The notes under the pieces are model-generated. The model was given only the letters and a program-made list of their open reading frames with translations. It did not search any database and was not told the DNA's origin. From NCBI GenBank assembly GCA_965178125.1, contig OZ237764.1:744001-808000 (forward strand): a stretch of 64,000 bases of DNA. Direction: 5' to 3'. Positions 1-11,940 of this stretch are shown here, piece by piece. The translations under genes and the position numbers were made by a program. Position 1 is the first letter of the stretch. Every line of letters starts with the position of its first letter. The stretch comes from Bilabrum cf. latius. Lineage: Eukaryota.

Positions 1-777
1 ACCGCAAAACATCTGGAAGAGGCCGATGGCACCGGGGTCCTGCCAGAGGGCCCATCCCCTTTCGATGAGCTGTCACGGCGTTTCCTCTTCATCCGCAAAG
101 ATTCCAAAGGCAGGAAAGGCCCAGGCGTAGGATTGCCGCAACGATCCAGTGGTGCGATATCCCTACTTCACGAGAACAGCTTGTCATCGGACCCTGGTCA
201 GGGTGGTGGTCCAGTGCCGGCAGAAATCGCAATCAACTCCGGCTCCGGCCCCGCCCCTTCCAGCACGTGGAGAGGCCGACACGGCCGCTCCTTCGATGCA
301 GCCAAGCTAGAGCAGGCGAGGCAGATCGAGCGGGTCTTCGCGCAGGACCAGGCAGCGAAAGCAAGGCGCGGACGAAAGGCCAAATCCATGGCTGGCAGGC
401 AGCGCGGCACGCAGCGCGGTAGAGGGCAGCGTGGGGTAGGTCACACGCCAGGGCAGGGGTTGCACAATGCAGCTGGTTCTAGCCGTAGTAGAGAGTTAGA
501 GCCCGTGAAACCGCAGCAGCTGCTGCCAGAGGCCATGCGGCACCGGATCATTAGGCACCTGGGTGACGCAGAAGGCCTCCCCTAGAAGGACAGGAAGCAA
601 GCGAGCAGATAGCGGGTTAGGATGGCGGGGGCAGTAGATTCGGAAACTCTGGGGAGATTCAAAGCGGCCGCTGCGGCGGATGCGCGGTTGGTGACTTCAC
701 CCCTCGCGCAGAGCGGGGCCCGCAGCTTGGCGTACGGCAGGGCAGTGCACGGAAGCATCATATCTGGCTCGGACTGA
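1..777 (+). CDS. 3' part of a hypothetical protein (5' end outside window), read through 2 TAG
   Basis: Frame 1 is open from base 1 apart from TAG at 583 and 610; first TAA/TGA is TGA 775-777. No family recognised. Confidence 0.5.
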
Positions 778-963
778 AAAAGTGTTTTGGCTCGGACCAA
801 ATGCGGATATTAGAGAGACGCCGCAATCCGATGCATCGAGACGCTTCCCTGGCGGGTCTGAAACAGGAATCCAACGGTAAGAAGCGTCCAAGTGCTCCGT
901 ATCCTGCTCACCAAGATCGGAAGCACGCCAGAGCATGCAAGTTATCACTCGTCACACCGTTCC

Positions 964-2799
964 TCAGCGCCCTCGGATGCCCTCGCACACGCCAGGCTGC
1001 TGAGCGAGTGCGTAGGCCTGCTGCACCACGTCATTGCGCGCGTCATCGAACCACGGGAAGCACAGCAGCACATCGCCCCTGCAGACGGCCGGCAGGTAGG
1101 CGTCAACCACGGTGCGGTTCGCGTCCCGTGGCACCGATCCCTGCATGAGGTTCACCGAGAACGACTCTGGCCAGGTAAAGTTGCTGGCGATGGGGGTGGT
1201 GAAAGGCGCGGGCTCGTTGTTGGTGAGCGGCGCAGAGACTCTCCGGTAGGCAAGGTCGCTTTCCTCGGGAGCCATGAGTATCCCAGGGACGGCCTTGTAC
1301 ACGAGCTCAAACACATCCGCGTCCAAGGCCCCGCCGCCGGGGCCAGTCACCGTTGAGTCGACGTAGAAGATGCTCAGGTTCTCGCCCCACCGCTTGCGGG
1401 CGTACTGGATCTTGCGGATCAGGTTGTCGGCCACCGCTTGCACGTCGCTGCGCCCGTCGGGCTTCAGCAGAAACTTCTGGTAGTACTTGAAAGGGGCCTA
1501 GTCAGGGGGCTGAGTGGACGAGTGGTTCGGGTTGATGGTGAGCACTTGCGGCCGGAGAGTGAGGCCTCCCCTGAGCCCCGCTCGCTGCATCATCGCGAAT
1601 GCCTCGTCGGCGATGCCATCCATCTCCGGGGCCAGGATGGGGAGCAAGTCTGGGCTGCCTATGTACGTGATGTCCTGAGGGTACTGCTGGCCCTCGATGC
1701 TCCAGATGATGATGCCCTGGCAGTCCAAACCGGACGTAGGCTGCTGCTGCTGCCGATGGGGCCTCCCAGAGGTGCACCGCTCGATGGAGCCGTTGACTTG
1801 CTGCAAGAACGCCTCCTGGAACGCCTTCACCCCCGCGGGGCTGGTCGTGTTGATGGACCCGGGGTCGGGGCCCACGGTCCATCCCCGTGGATTGGGGCAG
1901 TCTTCAGGTGCCAGCGACTTGCAGGAGCACGAGGCGCCGCATTTGCCGGCAGGGAACAGCGTGCCGATGGGTCGGCGGTCCTTCCAGTCCAGTGTCTCGG
2001 GGTGCTTGCGACGGAAATCCGAATAGGTGCTCGCAGCGAGGTCGGTGAGAACGTCGAACGGCCGGCGATTCCTGTCCGTCGCGTTGGGGCCGCTGCCCGC
2101 CCCGAATCTCAGCTCTAATTCGGCGACTGCACTCGCTCCAGGCTCCACGATCGAGTGCCTCAGGGCGATGTGCCAGCCGTCGGGCTCGTAGAACCCAAGT
2201 GTGGTGTTCGGCGGATTTGACGGGAGCTGGACTGCCACGGCGGCATCACCCCAGTCAGCGACAACAGATTTTGGCATTTCATCTGTAGGGAACAGGCTCC
2301 ACTGGTTTCGGAACGATCCGCTAGGGATCTCGTTGTAGTCCTGCGGAACGATCTTGCCGAATGGCCATCTTCCGCCATTGTACACGCCTCTTGGACCTTG
2401 CGCAATCACGAGGCCCATGAAATCAACGATTGTATTGTTTGTATATGATATAAACGTTGACTTTGCCTTCAGGATGTTGCCACTCATCTGGCTATCGTCC
2501 CATTCAACCGTCCATTTGCCCCAATGGTACTAGCTGGTGAAGTGTTTCCCATTTGCCGAGACACTCCAATTGCATTTGTGGGCCCAAACATTGTCAGGGT
2601 GCGATGGAATCCCGGAAGAATTGGTAATCCACCGAAATCCGTTCAATGAGGGCATGCCGGCGATGGAAAATGGGTCTCGGCTGCCATGAACGGTAATGGT
2701 CAGGTTGCCGGTAGTTGTGTTGAAAGAGGCCTCCACATCTGGGTTCGAGGCCAAGCTTAGTGTTGAATACGCGAAAAGGATCGATATAAGCTGCTTCAT
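964..2799 (-). CDS. Secreted hypothetical protein (~611 aa), possibly glycoside-hydrolase-like
   Basis: ORFs 2530-3072, 1498-2487 and 964-1443 share one frame and are separated only by TAG (2530, 1498). Signal peptide MKQLISILFAYSTLSLA from ATG 2799; ends TGA 964-966. Confidence 0.7.
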
Positions 2800-3071
2800 G
2801 CGCACGAATATGATCACAAATGTTTTGGCTAGATCCATGCCTCGCGACGAACCCCAAGAACGAATGTTCGCCCAACTCCGGTTGCCGAAGTTGGGGTACA
2901 AACTTAGAGCTTTGCGCCGCAATTGTAACTCAACAAGCAATTCATAATTGTGGCTATTCCAAGAGCCACTGGGCCCGCATGTGAGGGAAACGGGACTAAC
3001 AAAAACAGCGTGGAAGCCTGCCAGCCGCACCTGCCAGTAAACAACCCACACTACACTGCCAGTGATCAACA

Positions 3072-5733
3072 TCAGATCTCACCCCCTCCGTCGAGATCCT
3101 CGTCATCAAGACCCCCCGTGTCGGCTCCCCCTGCCGCAGACGCCGCCGCATCAGAGGCCTCCCCCACAGCATCGCCAGCACCAGCACCTTTCGCTGGATC
3201 GGCATCGGATGCAGGCGCGGGCGCGGGCGCGGGCGAAGACGAGGATGACCCCACGAACGTTGCGTCTTCCCCCTCCCCCCCAGCACCCGCGCTAGGCCCG
3301 GGCGCAGGCGCCGGCACGGCAGTGCCCTGCACCCGCTGCGCCTCCAGGTCAAGCTCCTTGAGCGCCCCTAGGGCCTCCAGCAACCTTGTTCCCTCGGGCC
3401 CGTTCAGCCCGTGCTTGCGGTGCACGGCCATGGAAGCCGCTCCCTGGCACTTGTCCAGCATGGCGCCCACGCGGAGAGAAGAATCGCCGGCATCCGGTGC
3501 GCCAGCACCGCCGCGCGATGCACCTGCCAGCATCCCCGCGATCTTGCGCCACACGGCTGCTCGGCCCCCGGCCAGCTGCTCGGCCAGCTGCACGTGCTCC
3601 AGCACAGAGTGGGAGACAAACACTCTCCTCCGCATCATGACCCGCCGCATCTCCCTCCGTAGGGACTGCTGGATGTGTCCCAGGTCCTGCTGCCTCTTTG
3701 ACAGCTGCCTCGCGGCTTTGTCTCTCAACCTTTCGGCCTCCTTCACCGTGCCCGGGTCCGTGTCTACCTTCTGCATCGCGACCGCGTGGGCGCGGTCTCG
3801 CCGGCTCTTGAGGGAATAGGTCCGTTCAGTTTGCTCCAGCATAAGCCTGTGCCTGTATCTGGCGTCAGTCAGCATGCGTTCCTGTCTGACCTGGTCCTGC
3901 AGGTCCGCGCCCAACAGACGCTCCAGACGATCCATCCCGTTGCGCTCCACGTGCGCAGCGTGACTCAGCTCCGATCCGATCCTGACGTAGAGGTCTGCAG
4001 CAGACCCGGGTTTGGTCTCGAAGCCTGCCTGCAGGTGCCCGTCTGCCCCAGCCCCCGACGCGGCACCTTCCTCCTCCTCGCCCTCCGAGGGTCCCGCGTC
4101 CACGCCGCCCTCATCGTCCCCATCGGGCGAAGCGAACAGATCTCCCGCGTGATCCTGCGAGTAGACATCCACCCTCTCGGACTGGCTCTTTTTGTGGGTG
4201 GCAAACGCATCCATCGCGTCTTCGTCCACCTTAGTCAGAGCCTGGCTCGGATCCGAGGCACCACCGTGCGATGCACCCGACGTGCCGTCCCCGCCAGCCT
4301 CCGCTGCAGCGGGGGGTTGCCCTTGGCTAGCAGTGCTCGGGCTCACCTTGGAGGCCTGGAACGCCTTGGTTTGTTCCCTGGATCCCGCGTCGAGCGTCCG
4401 CTGCTCCCCATCCTGCTTCTAGAGAGCGGCCTGGGATGCGACGAACGACTCCAGCTCGCTCTCGTGCTGCGCCATGGCGATGAACGTTCCCCCGAGGTTC
4501 TTCAGCTCGTCGCACTCGCGGCGGCGCGCCTGAAAGTACTCGTGGGAGGCAGCGCTGGCCTGCTCCAGCCTCGTCCTGATGTTGTCGTGGTACGCCACCG
4601 CCCGCACGAACGCAGGGTCCTCCTGGCTGGGCATCTGATCGTCTGCCCCGCCCCCATGCAGCAGCTTGGCGAGAAACCCGTCCTCCTCCTCCGCGGTCGC
4701 CTGGGCGAGCGAAACGTACTCCTTGGCGGCAGCAAACACCTTCGGCGCTGCCGTGAGGAAGACGTACAGATCGAAGGAGTGGGACATGATGGGGTGCCTC
4801 GAGACCACCTGCATGAGTGTCTCGAGCGCCTCTCTCCTCTTGGCCCTGAAAGCGGTGTCCTGGAACGCGCTGAAGAGCTTGATGGGCAGCTCGGGAATGA
4901 CGCACGAGGGAAAGGTCTGGCCAAGCCGGGCGTGCAGCCACTCGAAATCGCTGTCTGCGGAACATGAAGAAGAAGAAGAAGAAGAAGAAGAATGCTGGCA
5001 CGGTATAAACAAGGGATACGTGTTCCTGAGCGGCATGACTTCGAAAACGAGATCGTGCCCAGGCTAAAGCTGGGCGGGGGAAAAGCGGGAGTGGTGGGCT
5101 CATGCCAAGGGCGCGCGGGATGATCAGGCGAGAAACACTTTTAAAGTCTATCGTCTCACACCTTCTCTCGACCGTTGCCTTCTTGATGGCGTGCTGCGGC
5201 AGCTTGGAGCTCATGCGGACAGTATACTCGACGTGGCTTCGCACAGCGTTGTCGCGCACCTGCTTCGGATCTGAAACCGACACGATCATGTCGGAATCTG
5301 CAACTTCAGGTGCCTTTGCTATCGTGAAGTCTGGCTCGGCTCCCCAGCGAAAGTCGGCAAGCAAGAGCTCGTCCTGATGCTTTACAAGGTCTTCCAGAGA
5401 TAGGTCATGGTGGCTCTGCTTGCAAGCCACGATCTTGCACGCAAGCAAAAAATCATCTCGTGATAAGGATGGGCTCGATTCTCCCCCGCATGCCAGTTTC
5501 CACACGAGGCCCAAGTCTTCGTCGGACAGCATGCTGCGGCGAAGAAAGATTGCACCTTCGAGGCCACCGACCTGGCCATCGCTGTCGTTGTCAACCGCCC
5601 TGAATATAGCATCATATATCTTAACTTCCTCCTCGGAAAATTTTACCGCCCCAGCAGATGTCGTAACGGCGAAACGTTCATCAGTTGCAGACGCGGCCCC
5701 CCCACCAAAGATTTTGCCAAAGATGGATGCCAT
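3072..5733 (-). CDS. Sorting nexin-like protein: EH domain + PX domain + BAR-like coiled coil
   Basis: EH-like YDAIFRAVDNDSDGQV...LGLVWKLA. Splicing intron 4955-5159 (GTGAG...CGCAG) restores the PX motif RRYSDFEWL...IPELP. In-frame TAG at 4419; ends TGA 3072-3074. Confidence 0.8.
4966..4992. repeat. (GAA)n/(TTC)n microsatellite forming the polypyrimidine tract of the sorting-nexin intron
   Basis: Directly visible just upstream of the CGCAG acceptor on the minus strand. Confidence 0.8.
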
Positions 5734-6213
5734 GCGTCAAAACTACCTTTAAAGTTCCTTGTGGGGCTGTAACCAAACACAATTGACCTGTTTTGGATAA
5801 CAAGCAGACGGTATCCGCTCCGAAACTCGCGTGCAGCTTGGTTGTTTTGCTCACGATGATCGGTTCAGTGGGTGCGCCATGCACTCGTCACATGCGATCA
5901 TTTTTTCTTGCCGGCGTCGACGACGACGTCGACAGCAAGCTCGTCGCGACACTAACACGAGTGAACATTCAAGGAAGCAGCTGAGAAAGAAGTGCTTTCC
6001 CTCCAAGGAGCACAGCAGTGCCCGCGAGAGCCTTCCAGCTGGCATGCCACGAGAGGGAGGATGCCTAGCATCCTAGGTTGATTCGGGCTGTTCTCCGTGT
6101 AGGCAGTGTCTGTACCGCTGATTTCATACTTGAGCGATGGGATAAGGGCATTCAGTCCTGCGTAGTTTTCAGGGGTGCCTCCGGCTTCACGCCTGTTGAT
6201 TGCGGAACTTTTC

Positions 6214-8511
6214 ATGGAGCCGCGCGCGCGGCGGCAAGTTGGTTCCGGAATTTCAACCACGGAAGAAGACATTGCACAGTTTACCCGACCAGCTCCAGAG
6301 ATTGTAATGGCTTCGCTGGAATCAAAGTCGAATGGGCTACCCTTGTTTGAGCTGGCCGAGTCGGCCGGGTCAAGCATGTGGGGCCCGAAGTCGCACGATT
6401 CGGACCTCATGTTCTTGCCTCTAGCTGCAAAGCCGCAAGGATACAGCGACCAAGGAACCATCTGTGAGAATTATTATCGTTACTCCCAGATTTGAGCGTT
6501 TAGTGGTAGCCTGCGTGATTGTATAGGCGGAAGGCCTCCTGAATTGCTAAGTCCTCCTCCAGTGCCCCGCACATATGCATCGCAGCAAAGTTCACCGTGG
6601 ATGACAAGGGCTTCTCCATGGCAACTGCTGCACTCATTTCTAAGTCATAGTCCAAGAGTGAGCTATTTTGGGGTGCACTGTCGCGGCTCTTGCCCTGGAC
6701 CGCGGTATAGGTGATTCAAGCCCGACGGCTTCTTTGCTGCGCAATAGCCAGTCCCGGTTTCCGATGCTTCCAATCCTAAACGCCCGATGGACCCACGACC
6801 ACTCATTGCAGCCGCAAAAGTCACGTACGAGCAAGGCTACCGCCGCGTTCGAGGCCGCGAGAAGGGCGACAAGATCAAGGAGACGATCGGCGTACAGCGC
6901 CACGCCACAGGGGGCCCCAGAAGGGGCGACAAGATCAACCGAAGGCGCCGCATCGCGAGGAACGAGAGCGGCCGCGTCGCCGTGGTGCGCCAGCCCTCCA
7001 TCCGCGTGGACCACGACACGTGGACCCAGCTGGACCGGAGGACCCTGGACGAGCTGGAGGCTAGGTCCGTGGCAACCCCTGCCGGCGAGGACTACGCATG
7101 GGTGGGCTCGCTCAAGCAGTACGCCCAGAGGAGGTTCAGCAGCCTGCAGCCTGCCCTGGGCCGTGTCGTGCTCCCGCACGCGCACGTGAGCTCGTACCTC
7201 AAGCAGAGCTCGGTGGAGGCCCGGGATGATCCGATCATGCGGCGGGCAGTGGAGGCGAGGGAGCAGGCGGAGGAGGACTTCGGGGCTGGCAAGATCAAGG
7301 CAGCGGATTTCAAGAAGCACCCCACCGTGTTTGCCTCAGAGGCGGCCATGTCGGCCATCATGTCGGCCAGGCACAGCTTCATCCCTTGGGACGTGGTGTT
7401 CACCTGCTACAAGGACCTCATCTTCATCGAGAGGAGAGACCCCCACGCGGCACGGGTGCCCACAGTGTGCGAGTCTGCCTCTAGGCCACCGGCAGAGGAC
7501 GCTGCCATCCCAGGGAACCAGACGGAGCTAGGCCTAGAGAGCCTCCTCGTGGAGTCTCTCTTCCAGCAGCAGAGCCTCTACGGGGACAAGCAGCAGAAGA
7601 TCAAGACGGCCAAGGTGCCTGCCGGGAGCAGCAGTGGGGCGGCCACCGGCGGGGCGGCATCGTCTGCCGCATCCTCCTCTGCATCGGGCGCGACCGCCAC
7701 CAAGATCAAGGGGCTAGAGGGCCCGCCGGTGGACAAGGACCCCTTCGCCGCCGCCGTGCCGCCGCAGGCACCCGCCACGCACACCTCCTTCCGTTACAGG
7801 GTGTTCGACCTGGGCGCCGACGACGACGGGCAGCCCATCCGAGTGCTGTCTCGCGGGCGCGTGCATGCAGTGCACTGCAAGGACCCCAAGAAGGCCGCGG
7901 TGAAGCCGGTCAACCTGCACGCCCTGCTGGACTGGGAGCGCCCAGGGAGGGGCAAGGTGGAGAGGCACAACGACTGGCGCAAGACCACCGAGCCCGCGCA
8001 GCTCATGCTGAGCATGCTGGGAGAGAACAAGGCCCAGGTAGGCCGCTGGCTGGCCAACGCAATGCTGGGCGGGGTGGAGGAGCTGAGGCTGGCAGTGGCA
8101 CTGCGGACCAACAAGGGCAGCACTGTGGGTCACGAGGTGCGGTTCTGCTAGAGCACGAGTGTCGAGCAGGTGGCCAAAGACGTGCTCATCTCCAGGGAAC
8201 AGATGTGGGGCATGGTGCAGTGGGCTGTGGCAGCCATCCGCACGTATGTGCGTCTCGCTCGCGCCGCCGCCGGCGTGGAGCACGAGGCCCTCGACAGCAA
8301 CGTCTACTCGTTCGTGCTGATGAGACACCCGAACGAGCCCACCGTGACCATCTACAGGACGGACGGCACGACTGGAGGGGAGCTCTTCGGCGGGGCGGAC
8401 GACGCTGCCTTCCTGGAGGAGGACATCCCGGAGGAGGATGAGGACGAGGGCGAGGACGGTGAGGATGACGCGCTTGCCGGGCTGGATGATCTGCTGGATG
8501 ATGATATGTAA
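6214..8511 (+). CDS. EIF3D: Eukaryotic translation initiation factor 3 subunit D (multi-exon; start ATG 6214 or 6307, 5' exons approximate)
   Basis: N-terminal WGP, RDDPIM, AIMSARHSFIPWDVV, TVCES, GRWLANAMLGGVEELRL, acidic tail. In-frame TAG at 6648 and 8149 (HEVRFC*STS aligns with animal HVILGTQQF). Ends TAA 8509-8511. Confidence 0.85.
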
Positions 8512-8799
8512 GCACCAGTGCGAGCATTGGGATAGAGATAGTCTAGCCGATCAACCGAATTCGGTATGACGATTGGAAAGGCCTTTGCGACCACACATAG
8601 GCCTCTCGGATCTTGATTCAGATGCCAACACGCGCGACGTGGTGCACGAGTGGTCGTTCAATTTTTTCGGTACACGCTTTCACATGTACATAGAGCTCGA
8701 TATGGGTAGATTTTCCTACCCTCTCTTTTCTACTCTAGACGTCTACTGTATGAGTCTGCACTATCTGATTCCGAGTACTGCCTTCATCCTTTGGGATAG

Positions 8800-11536
8800 T
8801 GGTCGGCGCCGCGCCCAGGCAGCGGCGACGGGAGAGGGTTCCGGATTTTTTGCGGCCACTTTCCTCTGCTCCCACTGAATGAATTATTTCGAGAGTATGT
8901 CAATAGGATTGCATTGATTACTTTATTCGATTGGTGCGCTGGATCCGAGGTCATGGATCCGGCAAGTAGCTCCACTGGCCCGTCCGACAAAGTGAGGCGC
9001 TGCTCGCCTGGCACTCAATCGCGATTTTCTCGAGATTGAGGCAATATCTCAAAAACCGCCATTTTTATGTCAGACCGAGTTGTACATTCTATCATTTCGT
9101 CGGGTTATTTTTGTCGGATGTTGAAAAATGGATGGTGCATCGGGTAGTATGTGTACCACTCCCGAGCGAGCTTCCTGGCTGAGCCGAAATCAGTACCTGG
9201 GCAGCTTTCGCATTGGTTTCTCTATGTTTTGCGTAGAAATCTATGATTTAAATTGGAATATACAGCGTTTCGTGCAATTTGTGTCTTCCTTGAGTGTATA
9301 TGGGCGCTGTGCTGATTGTGGGAGCCGAATGAGGGTCTCCTCATGGAGTCTTGGCGTGCCCACGATCCAATTGCACACTTTCTCCGTCCGTGTACTGTAA
9401 CTTCGTATGGTTTCCTTCCGTTCGATGGATTTTGAGCAAAATTCAAGATGACGTATTTTTGCAAACGGGCTTCAAAGGTGGGGGTATGCTGGACAGGTTT
9501 TGGTCGATATGATCGATAAATATGCATATTTGGCGACGTTGATGGCGCTATCTTTAAATTATTTGTAGATTACGTGCTACGGCTCTGTTCCAATGAGTTT
9601 CGCAGATGTAATCCACCTCGATCAAGGCAAGAGATCGAGTAGGCCAACCGGACAGGTCCTTAGGTTTGGACTGTCAGCCTCTAAAACTGGATTCACGGAC
9701 GTAGCAACGCTAGTATAAGCTGAAGGAGGAGGCAATTGTCTAGCAGCAGCAAAATTACCTTGAGGAGGCTCGATGCGCAGTCGCATACGCAGTCGCAGTG
9801 TCTCTGGCGGCCGCTGCACTGTCGGACGTGCGCGGCAAGAGGCCTACCTCTGCATACCTTCGTGTCCTGTAAGTCTGTATCACTAGCTGGACACCTAAAA
9901 ATGTGGCATTGGCGCTTGCAGGAGTTCATCTATAGCTTGGTGGCATATCTGCGGCAGCCTCTGCATGTGCGACCGGGGCTACTTCATCGCTCGTTCTGCA
10001 GCTATGCGACACATCCAAGGAAAGTATGAGGCATCTAAATAATGCAGTGAGAACTAGAAAGCAGCTGTTGAGCTGTGGCACCGCGCGGTCGGCTCCGGGA
10101 CCTGGACCACCGGGCCGGGTGGCAGGGGATCCAGGGCGACCTGAGGTGCTCGTGCTGCGCCCGTGGCGAGGCAGAATGCGAGGTGAGGCGACTGGCGGCC
10201 CAGCGTCTGCGCCGAGCAATGGCAACGGTATGCTCACTTTCTGGCGGAGAGCCTCGCCCAACCAGCGGCGAAGGTCGCTCGATCCAGGGTTGCGCGGCCC
10301 TGCTCGGTGGGGTCGTTGGTGCAGCGTTGGCATGCAGTGCTGTGGATCCTGGCCAACCGAGAGAGACGGTTCGCTAGTGGGGTGCCAGAGCCTAAGAATG
10401 CTGCCCGAGACGCTATTTTGCTGATCGAGTACAGAGAGAAGCGGGAGAGCATCAGATCCTGGACCTGGCCTCGCGGTTGTTCCGGTTTGGCTGGAGGAGA
10501 CTTGCTGGAGGCTGTCGTAGAGAACGCTGGATGGAGCTGTCCCTGGAGCCGTTTCTATTTGTCGTCGCTGACAAGAAGGCATGGGGGTGGAAGGGCGTGA
10601 GCAAGAGCAAGACCAAAAGCGGGGGCAAAGGGCGGGCTGCAGACATTGAAGAAGCAGCGCTGGGCGGGGGGGAGGAGCAGGCGAGCCAAGCGCGGTCTCA
10701 AGCATCACGGCAGGGAGTAAACGCAAACGGTTGCGGTCAGGCATGCACAAGAAAGGGGTTGAACGCTGCGGCAGCGATGGCGAAGACGACCTGAAGGAAC
10801 AGGAAGACGAGCTGGGGGACCAGGAAGCGCAGGACGCAGCCGAGCAGGCACAGGAGCAGGGATTGCAGATAGCAACGGCGACAACGCGGTCCGGGAGGGT
10901 AGTCTCGAGGTTTCGTCTTCAGCCGTCACGGGGTTCTACGGGCTGACATGCGCTCGAAGGGGGCGTTTTGGTTCGGCTCGAACGAAGCCCAGCCGCGCCA
11001 GTGCGGTTCCGGCGGTTCGGCACGAGATCAATTTAACGCATACCGGTACAATGGATGTAAATGAAATCCAAATACACATTTGCGGGCTCAATTTTGCGCA
11101 GTAACTCCTATGAGCCCTGTAATCAGGGGATGTATGTCCCGGACAGGGCAGTGCGATATTGCCTTTGGCAAGGCCTGGCACGACGCTAACCAAAAACGTT
11201 TTCCAGATAATATCACAGTCGATGGCTACTTGGATTTGGGTGCGATTCTAGGCGTTTTGATCAAAAACCCTCTTTGTGTACGTCTGTAGCCGCACCCAAG
11301 CAACAGGGAGTACTGACCCTTCATGGTATCACTGGTGCGCATCACGATGTCTAACAGGATTTTCCACAGCCAATATCACACGATACTATCATATTGAATC
11401 ATTTAATAGGACTAATTATCACGTTGTACCAAAATTACCCGAGATAATGGGCGGTTCCAGATTTGGCCAGAGCCCCGAAATAGTTGCGTGCACTTAAATC
11501 GGTCCCGTCGCCGCTGCCTGGGCGCGGCGCCGACCA
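8800..11536. mobile_element. Non-autonomous or decayed TIR DNA transposon, 2737 bp
   Basis: Perfect 34-bp terminal inverted repeats TGGTCGGCGCCGCGCCCAGGCAGCGGCGACGGGA at 8800-8833 and 11503-11536. Flanked by direct TAG at 8797-8799 and 11537-11539 (3-bp TSD). Interior is AT-richer with frameshifted coding remnants. Confidence 0.8.
10190..10946 (+). pseudogene. Frameshifted coding remnant inside the TIR element (possible transposase C-terminus)
   Basis: Protein-like pieces in successive frames (SLVQRWHAVLWIL; ELSLEPFLFVV; acidic stretch then TTRSGRVV) broken by frameshifts and TGA. Confidence 0.3.
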
Positions 11537-11940
11537 TAGATCTAATATAAAAAAGCGGGATCTGAGAGTTCTTCTGCATACCCGTGGCTATCAAATGCCA
11601 GCAACCCGCAGCCAGTGCCTCGATGTGGAAAGCGACGAGCCTTCGCCGACGACAGTCGTGCACGGTTTGCCTCCCTGAGTCTCTGCCAACCACACGACGC
11701 GGGGGAGATCGACCCATCCGGATGAAGGCCCACAATGGAGAATAATACGGCCTTGACTGCTAGGGCAGGCAGCTTGCATGACTTCAAAGCGGAAGACTCC
11801 AAGTAGGGTTGCCGAGGCCAGGATTCCTCCATGAGGTCGGCGCGAGAGGCAGGTCAGCAGGGCCGGCACCTCGAGTGAACAGGTATGCTATTGTGCGTAG
11901 ATGAACTCAAAGCTGCTTAATACAACGACTTGTGGAGGGG

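Noticed and set aside
8149-8151. TAGs as acceptors of tiny introns that remove the stop
   Set aside because: No matching upstream GT donors that preserve the alignment, and homolog alignment is gap-free across the TAG. The introns I could reconstruct end in CAG.
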